DNA from: Felis catus
Taxonomy: Eukaryota
Reading direction: 5' to 3'
DNA: 64,000 nt
NCBI RefSeq assembly: GCF_018350175.1
Contig: NC_058368.1
Coordinates: 146,012,001-146,076,000, forward strand
Positions 24,975-38,304 of the stretch are shown here, piece by piece. Under the pieces are notes generated by a model. It worked only from the letters and a program-made list of their open reading frames with translations, had not been told where the DNA came from and did not search any database. Both the position numbers and the translations under genes were made by a program. Within the stretch, counting starts at the first letter, position 1. Each line of letters starts with the position of its first letter.

Positions 24975-25625
24975 AGCATCTATGCCCCAGAGGTAGCTCT
25001 TTCATCTCCTTCAAGTGTTTGCTCAAATATCTTCTTTTTTTTATTTTTAAATTTTTTAATGTTTTTTTTTTAATTTATTTTTGAGACAGAGAGAGACAGA
25101 GCATGAACAGGGGAGGGGCAGAGAGAGAGAGAGGGAGACACAGAATCTGAAGCAGGCTCCAGGCTTTGAGCTGTCAGCACAGAGCCCAACGCGGGGCTTG
25201 AATTCACGAACCGAGGGATCATGACCTGAGCCGAGGTCAGACGCTTAACCGACTGAGCCACCCAGGCGCCCCTCAAATATCTTCTTAATGAGACCTGCTC
25301 TAAATATTGTTTTAAAATTTGTTATACGTTTTTTATCACAAGAAAAAAAATAATTTGAGAAAGAAAAAAAAATGAATAACAAGCCTTCATCTACCACCAC
25401 TACCAACTCTCTTGATGCCCCTTACCAAGCTTTACCATTTTTGTTCATAGTGCACTTAATCACTTTCTAACCTACTATTATCTATTGCATCAACATCTCA
25501 TTGTCCATTCCACTGTCTCCCCAAAATGAGGCTATGTGAAGTTAAGGCTTCATTTATTTTATACACTACTGTGTCCCTGGCACCTAGAACGGTGCCGAAC
25601 ACATAGTAGGTGTTCAACAAATCTT
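24975..25625 (+). mobile_element. L2 3' region interrupted by a SINE
   Basis: cactactgtgtccctggcacctagaacggtgcc...acatagtaggtgttcaacaaat. Confidence 0.75.
25037..25272 (-). mobile_element. Can-SINE (SINEC_Fc2-like)
   Basis: TSD tcaaatatcttctt on both sides. Confidence 0.97.
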
Positions 25626-27226
25626 TACTTCTTCAGCAATTCTGCAGTTTAAGTGATCCAGGTAAACTATTGTTCTCTAAAGATCATGAGCCCTTTCTTT
25701 CTTCCCTGCCTTGGAATCAGCCATTCTCACAATTTAGCACCAGCTTCTACCCCTGACTCTATTATCTCTCTCTCTTTTGCTCTCTCTCTCTCTTTCTTTC
25801 ATTCCTAAAACAAAAATAATCTAATTAGGTCTGATCAGTTACCATCTGGTCGAGAACATCTCTTTGGGGCTTCCTAGGCTATCCATCCATGATCCAGTCA
25901 ACTGTTGCTGCCATAGCAGAATCACAAGACGTGAAACATGACAACTTCTGAATTTTAGGAACAATTCATCTTCTCATTCTAAATGAGGTCAGTGGGAAAA
26001 GCTGATACGTGGGCTGTGCCTCAAACATGCATTTCAATAAAAAAGTATATGTAACTGTATATGAATGCGAGTTGACGACCTCAGGATTCTGGCCCTCTGT
26101 CAGTTGGCTCACAGAATCACCTCTTTTGGGAACACTTGAGAGAAATCCTATCTATGACCGACTTGCTGGCAAGGACAAAACAACACCAAAGAGAGACCTG
26201 GAGTTTAATAGTAAACTGTGATCATATTTAACTAAATGTGTTTATAGGTTATAGTCTGGATGTGGGAATAAAAGATGTGGATATAGTGATTCCTTTGGCT
26301 TCCATAGTCCATAAAATTTATAAGGAAAAAATAATTTGATATAGTAAAAAGAGGTGGATACTAACATTCTCATCTAGCTTCTACTTCTAAGAAATAAATT
26401 GGCGTTGGCTAACGTAACCTTTCCGGAACCCCATCTTCACACCTATAAAACAGTGGAGTTGGCTGGGAGGACTGGCAGGCTTTGCCAGCTGTCAGGGAAA
26501 GCGACAGTCACTTAGAGTCCTGCATTGAAAGTGTGTGGATGAACATTGTACTCTGTACATTTTCCACAGAGAACATTTTGAAACTACTATTGGCATTTTA
26601 AGGTTAAAAGTCCCCTATTCAGGCAAAAACTAAATAGTAAGGAAATATTTACAAAATTCATCTTTTTTGTTCATCATCTGGGATTGTCTTATGCAGTGTG
26701 GACTATTTTAGCTACTTAAGAATGATACCTTTCTACTCCACAGATATTAAATATAGTACTAATCTATTGTAATGCTAAATTCCAAGGGTCACAGATAACC
26801 ATGCTAATACAAGCTTCCTGCGTTATGGTGAGAGAAACAGACTACATACAGAGAGCACAATGCACCAGGGATTGGATGTGGACATAGAGCTAATAAGAGT
26901 GTGCCACTTTATAACAGCTTCCAAGTCTTTTAACAAGGATCTTGTCACATGAGCCCTTCAGTGCTGACAGAGTTTGTTCAGTGGTTATTATTGAATGGCA
27001 TTTTGCCAAACATATCAGTAAAACATCCAAAAGTATATCTAATTTTTCCTTCATAAAATTACCCATCCTTTTGGGTATCTCTCTAGGATCAGACTGAATG
27101 TACACTTTGAAAACTCACAATAACCCTACTGTTGGGAAAATGCAATGGTGTGTCTCCAACCCTAAATAAATTGTAGCTTGGTGCCCATCTTGTCTAAACC
27201 ATCATTTCACATGTAGACAACTTTTA

Positions 27227-27461
27227 TTTTTTTATTTTATTATTTTTTCTTTTTTTCAACGTTTATTTATTTTTGGGACAGAGAGAGACAGAGCATGAAC
27301 GGGGGAGGGGCAGAGAGAGAGGGAGACACAGAGTCGGAAACAGGCTCCAGGCTCTGAGCCATCAGCCCAGAGCCCCCGACGCGGGGCTCGAACTCACGGA
27401 GCGCGAGATCGTGACCTGGCTGAAGTCGGACGCTTAACCGACTGCGCCACCCAGGCGCCCC
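27227..27461 (-). mobile_element. Young Can-SINE (SINEC_Fc)
   Basis: TSD tgtagacaactttta at 27212-27226 and 27462-27476; CpGs retained. Confidence 0.98.
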
Positions 27462-27520
27462 TGTAGACAACTTTTAAATGAAGTGACAAGTTATAATGTT
27501 ACTTTTTTAAAGACTACAGC

Positions 27521-27758
27521 AATGATAATAATACTGATACAGTCTCTATATGTACCTGACACTGTTTTAAGCGTTTTACATGTATTGATACATTTAATCC
27601 TTCCCACAATCTGACCTTTGACAATCCTCTGATGTGCCTCCTATTTATACACTCACTTTAACATATGGAAACAGAAGAAAAAGAAGCTAAGTAACCTTGT
27701 CAGTTCAGACAAGTAGTAAGTGAGAGGACCAGTATTTGAACCCAAGCTATCTGGCTCC
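27521..27758 (-). mobile_element. MIR SINE
   Basis: catttaatcct...cacaa...ggaaacagaag...aagtaacctt...atttgaacccaag...tctggctcc. Confidence 0.8.
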
Positions 27759-28379
27759 GTGTGTAAATATATACATGTGTATCAAAAGGGAAATAGAATC
27801 CCAACAGATAAAGGCTTTTGACTAACATTTAAACACATAATTACACATATTTAGTCAGTTTGCACTTCTGTAACAAAGGTAATGATCTGTTGTCATGTGT
27901 AAATTTTGTTGTTGGATCATGAAAGTCATACTGGGAGATCATATAGTGGGTCTGGATGTAATATTAGCATGGCTTACTAGGAGCTCAGTATAGATTTGCA
28001 ATATGCTCATTTTTTGCCCCATTAAATAGAGGTATAGATAGCTAATCTCATGGGTTTTAGTAAGACTGATCATATGAGGTTTACTATGTTCTAGAATTTA
28101 CTAAGTGAATTTAACATAAGGAATATGTTATTTGGGGCAAAGTGAAAGGATGTAAGCTTCCAGTGTGATTCAAAGGAATAAGAAGAAAGAAAATCCTGAA
28201 GCTACTTATAAGAATTGCAAGAAAGAATAATCAGGAAGCCATAATCAAGCACATAAAACCTCTTTTATATGAGCTGACCTGCAGAATAAAGTCAGTTCAA
28301 ATTCTTTCACCTTCTAACAGAAAAGAGTTTCCCCTCAATTTTTCGCCCTTTCAACATCATCACATTGATGGTTGTCATT

Positions 28380-28712
28380 ATTCTTACAGCTTTTATCAAG
28401 TTCCTACTTCTTCTGGGCTCTTACCGAATATTATTTCTAATCCTTAACACATCCTGGCAAATTAAGTATTGTTGTCTTCAGTTTAGGAAGCTGAAGTTCT
28501 GAGACACAATATAGCTTGTCCAAGGTTATACCATCACTCATTAGGATGGTAGAGATGAGTTTATCCCGCTAAGTTTATCATTATTAATACTAAACACTAA
28601 CTCTGCTCAATGTGTGCCATGCACCATCTTATTTATTTCTTACAATAACCCTACAAAGTATACAAAGTACATACACTATATAGGTGTTATTATTTCTACT
28701 CTACTGATGAAG
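28380..28712 (-). mobile_element. Two adjacent MIR fragments
   Basis: taatcctt...aggaagctgaagttct...gcttgtccaaggtta; tacaataaccctac...taggtgttattatt. Confidence 0.6.
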
Positions 28713-28714
28713 GA

Positions 28715-29182
28715 TGGTAGGCTAAATAATTATACCCCTCCCCCAAAGATGTCAATGTTTGAATCCCCAGAACCTGTGAATTGAATTGAACCAATGTTTG
28801 AATCCCCAGAACCTATATATTATCTTGTATTTTAAAGATGTGATTAATTAAGGATTTTAAGATGGGAAGATTATAGTGGATTATCCAGGGAGGCCCAATG
28901 TAATCAGAAGCATCTTTGTAAGAGGGAAGTACAGAGAGACCTGACAATAGAAGAGGATTGTCTGAGTGATGCAGCATGAGAAACATTTAATCAGACATTG
29001 CTGACTTTGAAGAAAGCAGAAGGGACCAACTCGCTAAGGAATTCAGGTGGCCAGTAAGAACTAGAAACGGCAAGCAAATGGATTCTCCCCTAGATCATCC
29101 AAGAAGGAACATAGCCCTTTGGCTTCTGGTCTCCAGAGCTATAATTTAGTAAATTTGTGTTGTTTTAAATTATTGACCTTGT
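28715..29182 (+). mobile_element. MaLR LTR (MLT1D-like), 3' end lost at a SINE junction
   Basis: tggtaggctaaataa...ccccaaagatgtc...gatgggaagattat...ggattctcccctaga...aaatttgtgttgtttta. Confidence 0.85.
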
Positions 29183-29391
29183 GGGCGCCTGGGTGGCTCA
29201 GTCGGTTAAGCGTCTGACTTCAGCCAGGTCACGATCTCGCGGTCCGTGAGTTCGAGCCCCGCGTCAGGCTCTGGGCTGATGGCTCAGAGCCTGGACTCTG
29301 TTTCCGACTCTGTGTCTCCCTCTCTCTCTGCCCCTCCCCTGTTCATGCTCTGTCTCTCTCTGTCCCAAAAATAAAGAAACGTTAAAAAAAA
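29183..29391 (+). mobile_element. Young Can-SINE (SINEC_Fc), no TSD
   Basis: gggcgcctgggtggctcagtcgg...cagccaggtcacgatctcgcggtccgtgag. Confidence 0.98.
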
Positions 29392-29473
29392 TACCATTTA
29401 GTTATAAAATTTTAAGTTATAAAAAACAAAATATCATAATTATGATTTTATAACAATATTCCTTGTTTTATAA

Positions 29474-29620
29474 TTTTTTCATTGAGGTATTATTATACAT
29501 AGGAACAGATCCTAAATGTACAACCTGATGAATTTTGACGTGTGTCAAAATTCATAAAACCAATATCCCATTCAAGACAGAACATTTCCATTACCTTACA
29601 AAGTTTCCTTTTGTCACTTA
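29474..29620 (-). mobile_element. Old L1M 3' end fragment
   Basis: ttcattgaggta...tgtaca...tgatgaattttgac...agaacatttccattacc. Confidence 0.65.
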
Positions 29621-29998
29621 GAGTTTTCATCTTGAAAATGTCTAAGATTAAAATATTGTAAGCAATTTATTTCTTACTCCCTAGGTCACAATCTGCACTG
29701 CCCTTATTTAATAATGCATGTATTTGGAATAGGAATTAGGGTACATCTAAAGAATACTTGCTCACCACTCATCTCATTTAATAGTCTCCAAAATCTGTCC
29801 CCTCCCTGCCTCCAAAATTCCTTTTGACACTCTTCTCCTCTTTGATCATATGTTCCCTATTCCAAGCATACCCTTCTTTCTCACCCCATACTCCTAGGCA
29901 GTCTGTATGTCTTTTAATATCAATTCATGGGCCACCTGTTTATAGAAACCCTTCCTAAGGTCTCCCCTAATCTGAAGAATTATTTATTCCTTTGTAAC

Positions 29999-30345
29999 TA
30001 CCTTAGTCCATTCAGGGTCTTCTAACAGAACACCATAGACTGGTGGCCTGTAAACAACAGAAATTTATTTCTCATAGTTCCGGATACCAGATAGTCCAAG
30101 ATCAAGACACTGTCAGATTCGGTGGCTGATGGGGGCTGCTTCCTGGTTCACAGGTAGCCATCTTCTAGCTATGCCCTCACATGGTAGAATGGGGCAAGAG
30201 AGCTCTCTGGGGTTTCTTTTATAAGGATACTAATCCCATTCATGACCTAATCACCTCCTCGAAACTCCACCTTCTAATACCATCACATTAAGAATTAGGA
30301 TTTAACATATGAATTTGGGGGGGACACAAACATTCATTCCATTAC
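29999..30345 (-). mobile_element. MaLR solo LTR (MLT1A-like)
   Basis: cttagtccattcagg...aacaacagaaatttatttctca...catatgaatttggggggacacaaacattc...aca. Confidence 0.9.
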
Positions 30346-30435
30346 AGTGTCCCCACTGTGTCACAATCATGCTACTCATGTATAACCTATTGTATTTTTT
30401 TTTACATATGAATCATTCTCCATTAGGTCATAAAA

Positions 30436-30620
30436 TAGGGTTGCAAATGTCTTAATGTACAGGACAAAGTGAATGAGTGAAGCAGCTAGGATTAATTAAT
30501 AGGAATTATGGGGAGTACAGCAGACTAGAAAGTGTATACCACTACCTAGAGAATGCAAATGAACTTTTAAAAATAAAATAAAACAAATCCTCCAAAAAAC
30601 TATAGGGCCAAAACCTTTTG
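30436..30620 (+). mobile_element. MER102-like hAT-Charlie relic
   Basis: agggttgcaaa...atgagtgaagc...gggccaaaac. Confidence 0.5.
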
Positions 30621-31404
30621 ACACTATTCCTTTCACGCATAAGGCACTAAAGTAGATGTGGACTCTTCAAGATGGAGGGGAGCAAATACTGATGAGTGGC
30701 CAAGGTTTAAAAGAGTTTGCATGTCAGGGAGTTTCCAGTTCAGTCCCTGTCTACCAATCTGCCCTGCTGCCTGGGAGAGTAAACCACAACTAATTGCCCG
30801 TACCTAAATTTCTAAGTATTATTTGAGGAAACAGGAAACAATTTTCATCCCAATACCTAATTGCTCACAGATTAATTTTACTTCCATAAAGTCAAGTGAA
30901 GATATGATTTGTCATAAATGCTATATTACTCTGGCTTCATACAACAGCCCTTTCTCATTAAGCAACATGCTTAAATTTGGGATGTTAAAATATATACAAC
31001 ATGTTTACATTTTATAGACAACTATTGCACATCATGTGTTTAAATGAGGTCTTAATTTGTGGCACATTGTCAGATAACCTCCTCACTAATGCTTATAAGT
31101 CTTTTATAAGATATATTCACCTTGACGTTACTTTCTTGGGTGTTTTCACTTTCTTTGTTAGGAGCCTCACTTCAAGCTACATATGATGGAGTATGTGCTA
31201 AGAAAGAAACACAAGCCAGAATTTTGAGCAATACCACTTGGCAGATGTGGCTTTGAGGAAATCAAGTCTCAGAACTTTCACAGGAAATGTGGAGCAAAGA
31301 ACAAACAATTCTGGTCAACTCTTTAATCCCCTAGAAGATGATGATGAGTGATCTTTGTTAGAATTTTAGATGATGCTAATGTAATTTGAAGCATCTGCTT
31401 AGGT

Positions 31405-31620
31405 AGGCAGTGTAGTGCAGAGATTAATAGTATAGGCTCTGAAGTCAGAGGTCTTGGGTCAAATCTAAGGTCACTCTTAATCATATAATCCTCAGGTTCC
31501 TCATCTGTAAAACTAGCTGGCTCATAGACTTGTTAAAAAGATCAAGTGAGAGAATTTGCAAACTACTTATCATCAATTCTGATACATAGTAAGACTCAAT
31601 AAATGATAACATGTATTATT
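31405..31620 (+). mobile_element. MIR SINE
   Basis: ggcagtgtagtg...ggctctgaagtcaga...cctcaggttcctcatctgtaaaa...ctcaataaatg. Confidence 0.85.
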
Positions 31621-31713
31621 TTCAGATGACATCTAATTATTTTTTGGTCATAAAGAAACTTACTTTCTACTATTCCTTATACTTAATGTTTAAAAGCTTC
31701 AACATCTCTATTT

Positions 31714-31716
<3 letters not shown>

Positions 31717-31756
<40 letters not shown>
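31717..31756. repeat. (AC)20 microsatellite
   Basis: Seen directly. Confidence 0.98.
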
Positions 31757-31760
<4 letters not shown>

Positions 31761-32709
31761 ATGCACAATACATATATAACAGTTTTTGTAACAAGATTAT
31801 CACTTAAAAAATGATAATATTACTTAGAGCTACAATGATGAGGGAATTATCTCTATGCAAACCCCGTCAGCAGTGTTGGAAATTATAGCAAGAAACTACA
31901 GTGAAATTACTACAAGTATAAGGCCCTGCGTACTTAATTACTGACTTCACTGATGTTTCAAATTCTTATTCTTATTTAAATTTAATTTAAAATAATTAAA
32001 CCCTAATTATGCATACAGAAAAGCCTAGCATTTCTGTGGGCCTTGAGATATTCCTGCAGTCTCATGACTAGATCGGCTGACTGTATGCAAAAGTTGAGAA
32101 TTGATAAGAAACCTAAAAAATCAGCAGATGACACTAAAGCAATATGTGTCCTTGAACAAGTCACTCAACTTTCCTCACACGTAACCTCCTCACCAACATA
32201 GCCTGGGGTGGGACCAGATTTCAAAGTCTGTGCCTCATCTGATCATCGCCCCACCTTTTCCCTATCCCAACATAATTTAAAGAAAGCAGCACTTCCCCAT
32301 CAATAGCTGTGGCCAAAATCCTCAGTTAGAATGACAGATGCCGCCTACTGGAGACCATCAGAATTGCTGGTGGGGTGAGAAGGAAAGCTGTGAATGGAAG
32401 AAATCCCTCCATCCCAAGGTAATCTTTTAGTGTCCTACAAATGGGCTCCACTTTCCTCTTCTCCACTAACTGAACGACCCCAACCATCCAAATACCAGAT
32501 TTTAAAACATATATTATTTAGAAAACCTCTAATCCAGGTGTCAAAACACGTGGCTCTCAGACCATCACCAGCCTATAAATTTTATATTTTATACAGCGTT
32601 CTTAAAATTTCTGGAAGCTTACACTTCAGGAGGAAACTCTAAATTTCTAATTTCCTCTGACAATTCATACAATCAGGCTATCATAGACTCACATTCCTAC
32701 AGAGCTAGG

Positions 32710-33545
32710 AATTTGAACTCTGATTGGTTATGTAATGGTACTAAGAAATTATTGTTAATTTCTAGATATGATGATGATTTTGTAGTGATTTTCAAAGAAT
32801 CCTCATATTTTAGAGACATAGATTGAAATGGTTACAGATGACATAATATGTTGTCAGTGATGTGCTTCAAAATATCCAATGATGATAATGGGGTAGGTGT
32901 GTAGGGGGTGGATGTATGCCTGAAACAAGGTTGACCATAAGTTGATAATTGTTGAAACTGTAAGGTACATCAAGACTTCTTATATTATTTCTACTTTCAT
33001 AATGTTTAAATTTTCACATTATAAAAATGTTAAAAAAAAGAAAACTTGAGGGACACCTGGATGGCTGTCAGTTAAGTGTCCAGACATCAGCTCAGGTCAT
33101 GATCTTGCAGTTTGTGAGTTTGAGTCCCGCGTTGGGCTCTGTGCTGATAGCACAGAGCCTGGAGCCCGCTTCCTATTCCTTGTCTCTCTCTCTCTCTCTG
33201 CCCCTCCCCCTCCTCAAAATAAATAAATGTTTAAAAAAATAGAAAACTTAAAAAATTAAAGTTTGACAATATCCAGTTTTGCAGGGATATAGTATACTGG
33301 GAGAATAAATTGGTCCATTTGCTTTAGAGAACAATTTATCAGTATCTTGCAAGTCTAAAGGTGGGATACTCCATGACACAACAATTCCACATCCAGTGAT
33401 GTCTCAAAAAATTTTTTCATATCTACATGAGAACACACATACAAGATGCTCTTATTCCCTGCCAACAAAGGGAAATAACCTACCTGTTCATTAACAGAAA
33501 AGAGGGTAAATGAATCCATACAAACATACAAATGTTTGTTTAAAT
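32710..33545 (+). mobile_element. Old L1M(E) fragments around a SINE
   Basis: attgttaattt...gatgatt...gttgataattgttgaa 3' end; then aagtttgacaat...ccatgac...acaattccac ORF2-end-like segment. Confidence 0.65.
33050..33240 (+). mobile_element. Can-SINE in an L1 A-tail
   Basis: Typical body; TSD agaaaactt. Confidence 0.94.
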
Positions 33546-34824
33546 CCATATAAACATCACTAACTCTGCATGGTGGCTACTTTATGTTTTGTTATATTAT
33601 TTGCCATAGATGCCAGCATGTTTAAATAGTTCATTCTAAAATAAAAGTGGTGGCATGTTCTGTGTCAATCATGCAATAATGGGATGTTGCGGCTGTTTCA
33701 AAATTGCCTGTAAGTAAGTTAATAATTTAAGCTGATGTGAAGACAATAATCAGTCAAGGGAGTTGAGAGTTTAAATCTCTGTGGTGTTAAATGGGTGTTA
33801 GGATACTCAACTGGCCTCTTAGCAAAGGCTTAGTTTTAACTGCTGTTGTTAAAGAGGGAAAACATACGTCATTATGCTAGCTTCTATTTTTAGTGCACAC
33901 AATGAAAATTAGCTGTTTGTTCCTTCTCTTGACTCCTGAAAATCATAGTTTCCACTTGTAATGTAAAACTTTTTTTGTGTGAGCCTGACTTTGTAGGGTT
34001 ACTACATTATTAGATGCCTCATATACACAAATGCATACTTGTAATACATTTTAAAGAGCCCAAATGAGACATTTGCTTCTTTTTTTACATTACATTTGAA
34101 ATTAGACTGTAGAAAACAGACACTTTAGTGATGACTATATCCAAATCTGAAGGCAATAAGGAGCTGCAGAACAACCGACTCTTTGTTAGTTACAATGGTT
34201 TCTTTCCAAATGAAAAAGATATTTTAAATGCTCAGAGGTTGTTTTTTTTCCTTTTCCTCCCAACCTTATTTTCTGTCTTTTTTTTTTTTTGTTCTTAGTA
34301 TTGTCCTAGAAGGGATGACCCATGACATCTCTTCTATTCCAAGAAAGTGTATTTTTATACTGCAGCCATATTTTAATGTCAGCAGTTGGCACTCAGTGTG
34401 TTCATTCTCACAATGTGTGAAATGTGCTATACAACTGTCCCATGTGCATGACTCCACAAAGATGCCTTCTGCTGCACAGCCAAAGCCTGTCAGCAGTATC
34501 TTTGGGCTGTGGCAACAACAAACCTCTGAGCACTGCAAACTCTCAGCCTCTGAGCGGGCTATTATTTGTTTCTTGTTAAACAAGGAAACAATAGGAAGAC
34601 TCCAAATATGCATGCTAGAATCTCTGAAAGAAAGCTTAGTCGAAAATCTCTAGAGTCCTTGCTCCTTCATTTCAGGCTCTTAAAATAAGAAAGACCTAGC
34701 TCTCTATTGGTGTGAGTGATGAGATGGCATAATCACCCAAGGGTGACAGGCTTGGAGTAATCATCACTTTTATAGTGTTGGAAAATGTAGATAGATGGTC
34801 TTCAGAAGCAGGATCTTGTGTAGA

Positions 34825-34843
34825 TGTGTGTATGTGTGTGTAT

Positions 34844-34889
<46 letters not shown>

Positions 34890-34900
34890 GTGTGTGTGTG
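34825..34900. repeat. (TG)n microsatellite
   Basis: Seen directly. Confidence 0.98.
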
Positions 34901-36284
34901 ATATGCTGCAGACATTAGCCTAGTGCCCTCCTGTTCAGACATATGATCCAAAACAAAAGCAAAACCGAAAATCCCTCAGGTTTGGAATGAATCATGGCAT
35001 TCTGTCCTTCCTTTTCCTAAACTGGAACTCACCAGGAAAATGGCCTCAATTATATAGGGAGGCAGAGTGTGTAAGACTATGGCTGTGCTCAAGCCAAAGC
35101 AAAGGCAATCTTTGCCCACTCTCGTCTGTTGATTTTTCATCAGATTTCCTTTCCATCAAGGGAGTGGAATGGAATGGATACATGAACTCTTTTAATATCT
35201 TTTTCTTAACATAATATATTTTTGCCTTTCATTTTATCTTTCTTGTTATGTTCCCATTCCTTTCCTAATTTTCTTTCTCCTGCTTCTAGCTTGACATTCA
35301 TAATAACCTTTTCATCTGGTTTCTACCCTAAACCACATGTTTGCATATTTGTTCTTATGACTTCTGGTTATTGCAATTGTCATAGCTCTTTGCTAGCTGT
35401 TTTCTCATCTTGTAACAACTTCATCATAACTTGGATGTCTTTAAGAAAATAAAACAACAGAAACCTACAGTCACACTAAACTATGATTTCTGAAATTAAT
35501 CCAAAAATCATAATTTCTTATAAAATCCTGAAAGTTAATGGGTCAGTATATAATTACAGAGTTTTCTCAAAAAAAAAAAAAAAAAGAAGACAAAACCCAA
35601 AAAGGATTTTTACCAAAGTGAAGAGAAAATGTGTTATTTTTATCTCCTGAGACTCCAACAATTATGTGAATAATTAATTCCTACAAACAAAATTCTCATG
35701 CCATGGTTGTAATCAATTTGACTGAAATCTTAGATTCATCCCTGAATTTTTCTTGTGTCTACAGAGTTTACAATCTAGTCTAGGGGTCACAGTTCATAAC
35801 AGTTCTTGGAATAACAAGAAAATCACTGCTTATGTTCAGCTACTCTTTGTTTCTGTCTATGAACTTTCATTAGACTAATATTTTGCCAACAGTTCATCAA
35901 GGTAATTAATGAGCAGCCTGACGGTTTTATCTCATGAGGCCACCGTCTCCACCCATGAGGTCTTCCAGTAGTCTCTCCATGGAAGAGTGAATGCATAGGA
36001 CTATTTTAGAGGCTGGGTGGATGAACACCATTCTTTTATCTTTACAAGCTAATCCATGCCTGGTAACAGACACAAGTCATTTATTCTTTCTCAAAATGTA
36101 TTTTTACAGAAAAGTTTTTGTTTGTTCAAATTCTGTTACTCATGTAATGTGATGGTGCATTCAGTACAAATTTTTTGTTTTTGCAGAACTGACCAAGTAA
36201 GCTGTCCAAGTCTAAAACCACATTGTTTTCATTGTTATACTTCAGTTGCCAGCACAGGGTTTATCTAGTTTAACAATATGGAGT

Positions 36285-36450
36285 AGCACTTTATAGACAT
36301 TAACTCATTTAATCTTGGTAATAGCCCTGTGAAACAAGTTTGACTTGAATCCCCATTTTTAGGATGAGGAAGCTAAGGCACAGGGATGTTTAGTGACCCT
36401 GCTGAAGGTCACCAGACAGCAAGTCATAGAGCCTGGCTCCAAGTCTCCAT
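36285..36450 (-). mobile_element. MIR SINE
   Basis: ctcatttaatct...atccccatttt...gatgaggaagctaaggcacag...aaggtcac. Confidence 0.8.
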
Positions 36451-36739
36451 CCAATGTTATTCTGCTAGTTTATTCATCTCTGCTGTACTGCTTCTGGTGC
36501 TACCTAGGTATTCAGTGTAAGTCTGTAGATGTCAGAACAAGTGAAAAAGAGAAAGAGAGGAAAACGGGAAGGAAGAGAAGGAAGCAATTTAAAAAATATA
36601 TGAACCTAAAAATGTCATTGATGATTCAGAGATAAAATTTCGATTTGAATTTTCTTATTATTATGTAGCACCATTTGATATAAACTTTCATTATCTTTTG
36701 AACATACCATGATAACTATAAAATATAGGGGCTATTTAT

Positions 36740-37050
36740 TCCAATTTCAAAACGAAATATAACAAATGCCCACAAAACTACCACACATTCAAAAACCAGA
36801 ATGTGAGTCTACCTGTGTGTTACTAATCTATGTCACCTTCCTGTTGCCCCCTGGAAAGAAGTAAGGGCTATACTGAATTTTGTGTTCCTTTCTTTATATA
36901 GTTTTATCACATATATAGGTAACCTAAATAATAAACTGTTTAGTTGTGCTTGATTTTGAGTTTTATCAAAATGGTATTATGTTGTGTAAAGTGCTCTGTC
37001 ACTTGTGGTTTTCACTTCACATTATACTTCTAAGATTTATCTGTATTGAG
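36740..37050 (-). mobile_element. Old L1M(E) 3' fragment
   Basis: ctatactgaattttgtg...tatagttttatcacatat...aaatggtattatgttgt. Confidence 0.6.
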
Positions 37051-38304
37051 TAAACTCTTTTCTATAAAATGTCTTATAGTTTTCAAATAACTGTTATGTA
37101 ACTTATTTGATTCACATAAAAATCCATTGGAAATTGGTAGATTAATGTAATTTTTCTGTTTCTTTCTACAACAATAGTATCAAAGACTATGCTGGCAACC
37201 ACTAACAAATCCAGACTTTTAGCCAGGTCACCATATGCATCAAGACCAGCAGGTCGATATGGGCTCTGAGTCTTAACAAAAGAGTAATGCTACAAACTTT
37301 ACATATCAGGGAATATCTGAATGCTTGTAACTGTGAATTTACTTCCCGTGTGGTATGGCTGTTACCATGTTATATTAAGAGGACAAAAAGTAAAATAGAA
37401 ATGAGTCAATGCACTTTTCTTAGGACTTCATGGAAATTCATCTTATTTCCATATGTATGGCACATAAATAAAGCTTTGTGTTCATTCCAAATATGACTGT
37501 CATGTCTATTTCACCATATCCTATAGGATATGGTAAATAATAGCATATGTAAATTCCCCAAGAAATATATCTGAGGGAAAGTTCTGTCTTTCATTACCTT
37601 CCGGATATCTTTTTCAGACATTCTTTCAGCTGCCTGGCAAGCATGTGAGGCAAGAAGAAACCTGATGTTCCTATGGTTGTCATGGGTTTTGAGTTATTTA
37701 TTACTCAGTGATGTGCTAATATCTACTTTACAAAAGGGCACCAGTTAGCAGAGAAATTAGAGTTCTGCTTTCCAACATGAAATGTTCAAAACAAATACAC
37801 CAGTGACCCATGCTACCTGTGAGAAGATTAAAAATGCAGAAAGCTTCTGTTGCCTAAACCAAATGAGTGCTGGTTTCCTGCCTGAAATTGACTTTTTACT
37901 GAAGTTATGCCCATTTGTATAGGAGGCTTCATTAATGCACAGAAGAAACTTAACAGGGCATCAGCGTGCCCTTCCCTGAGTGTTGGGAAAGGGCTGAGAA
38001 GTAAATTTTCTCCAACAACTTTTCAAGTTGATTCTTGCTTGTAGATTAACTAATTTAACTGCCTAGCCATGAAAAGATTAGCCATTACTATCCAAGGAGT
38101 AAAACATAGGCATATACCAGCATCATTGCATTCTGTAAGAACAGTGAGAATTGGCTTGTGCTAAGCAGTCAGACTAAAGCATTTACCATCCTGAAGACAA
38201 GAACGAGTTATTCAACATCCTTTAAGCAGCCAAAGGAACGGATCTCCTTTGAGGGCATAAGAAAAATAATGCAGGACAAATGTTTCCTTTTGCCTCATTA
38301 GCCT

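Noticed and set aside
34475..34511. Hairpin cacagccaaag...ctttgggctgtg as a pre-miRNA
   Set aside because: Stem is only about 11 bp and I recognise no mature miRNA
34228..34653. Overlapping 141-aa and 115-aa ORFs
   Set aside because: No recognisable domain; runs through a poly(T) tract; expected by chance
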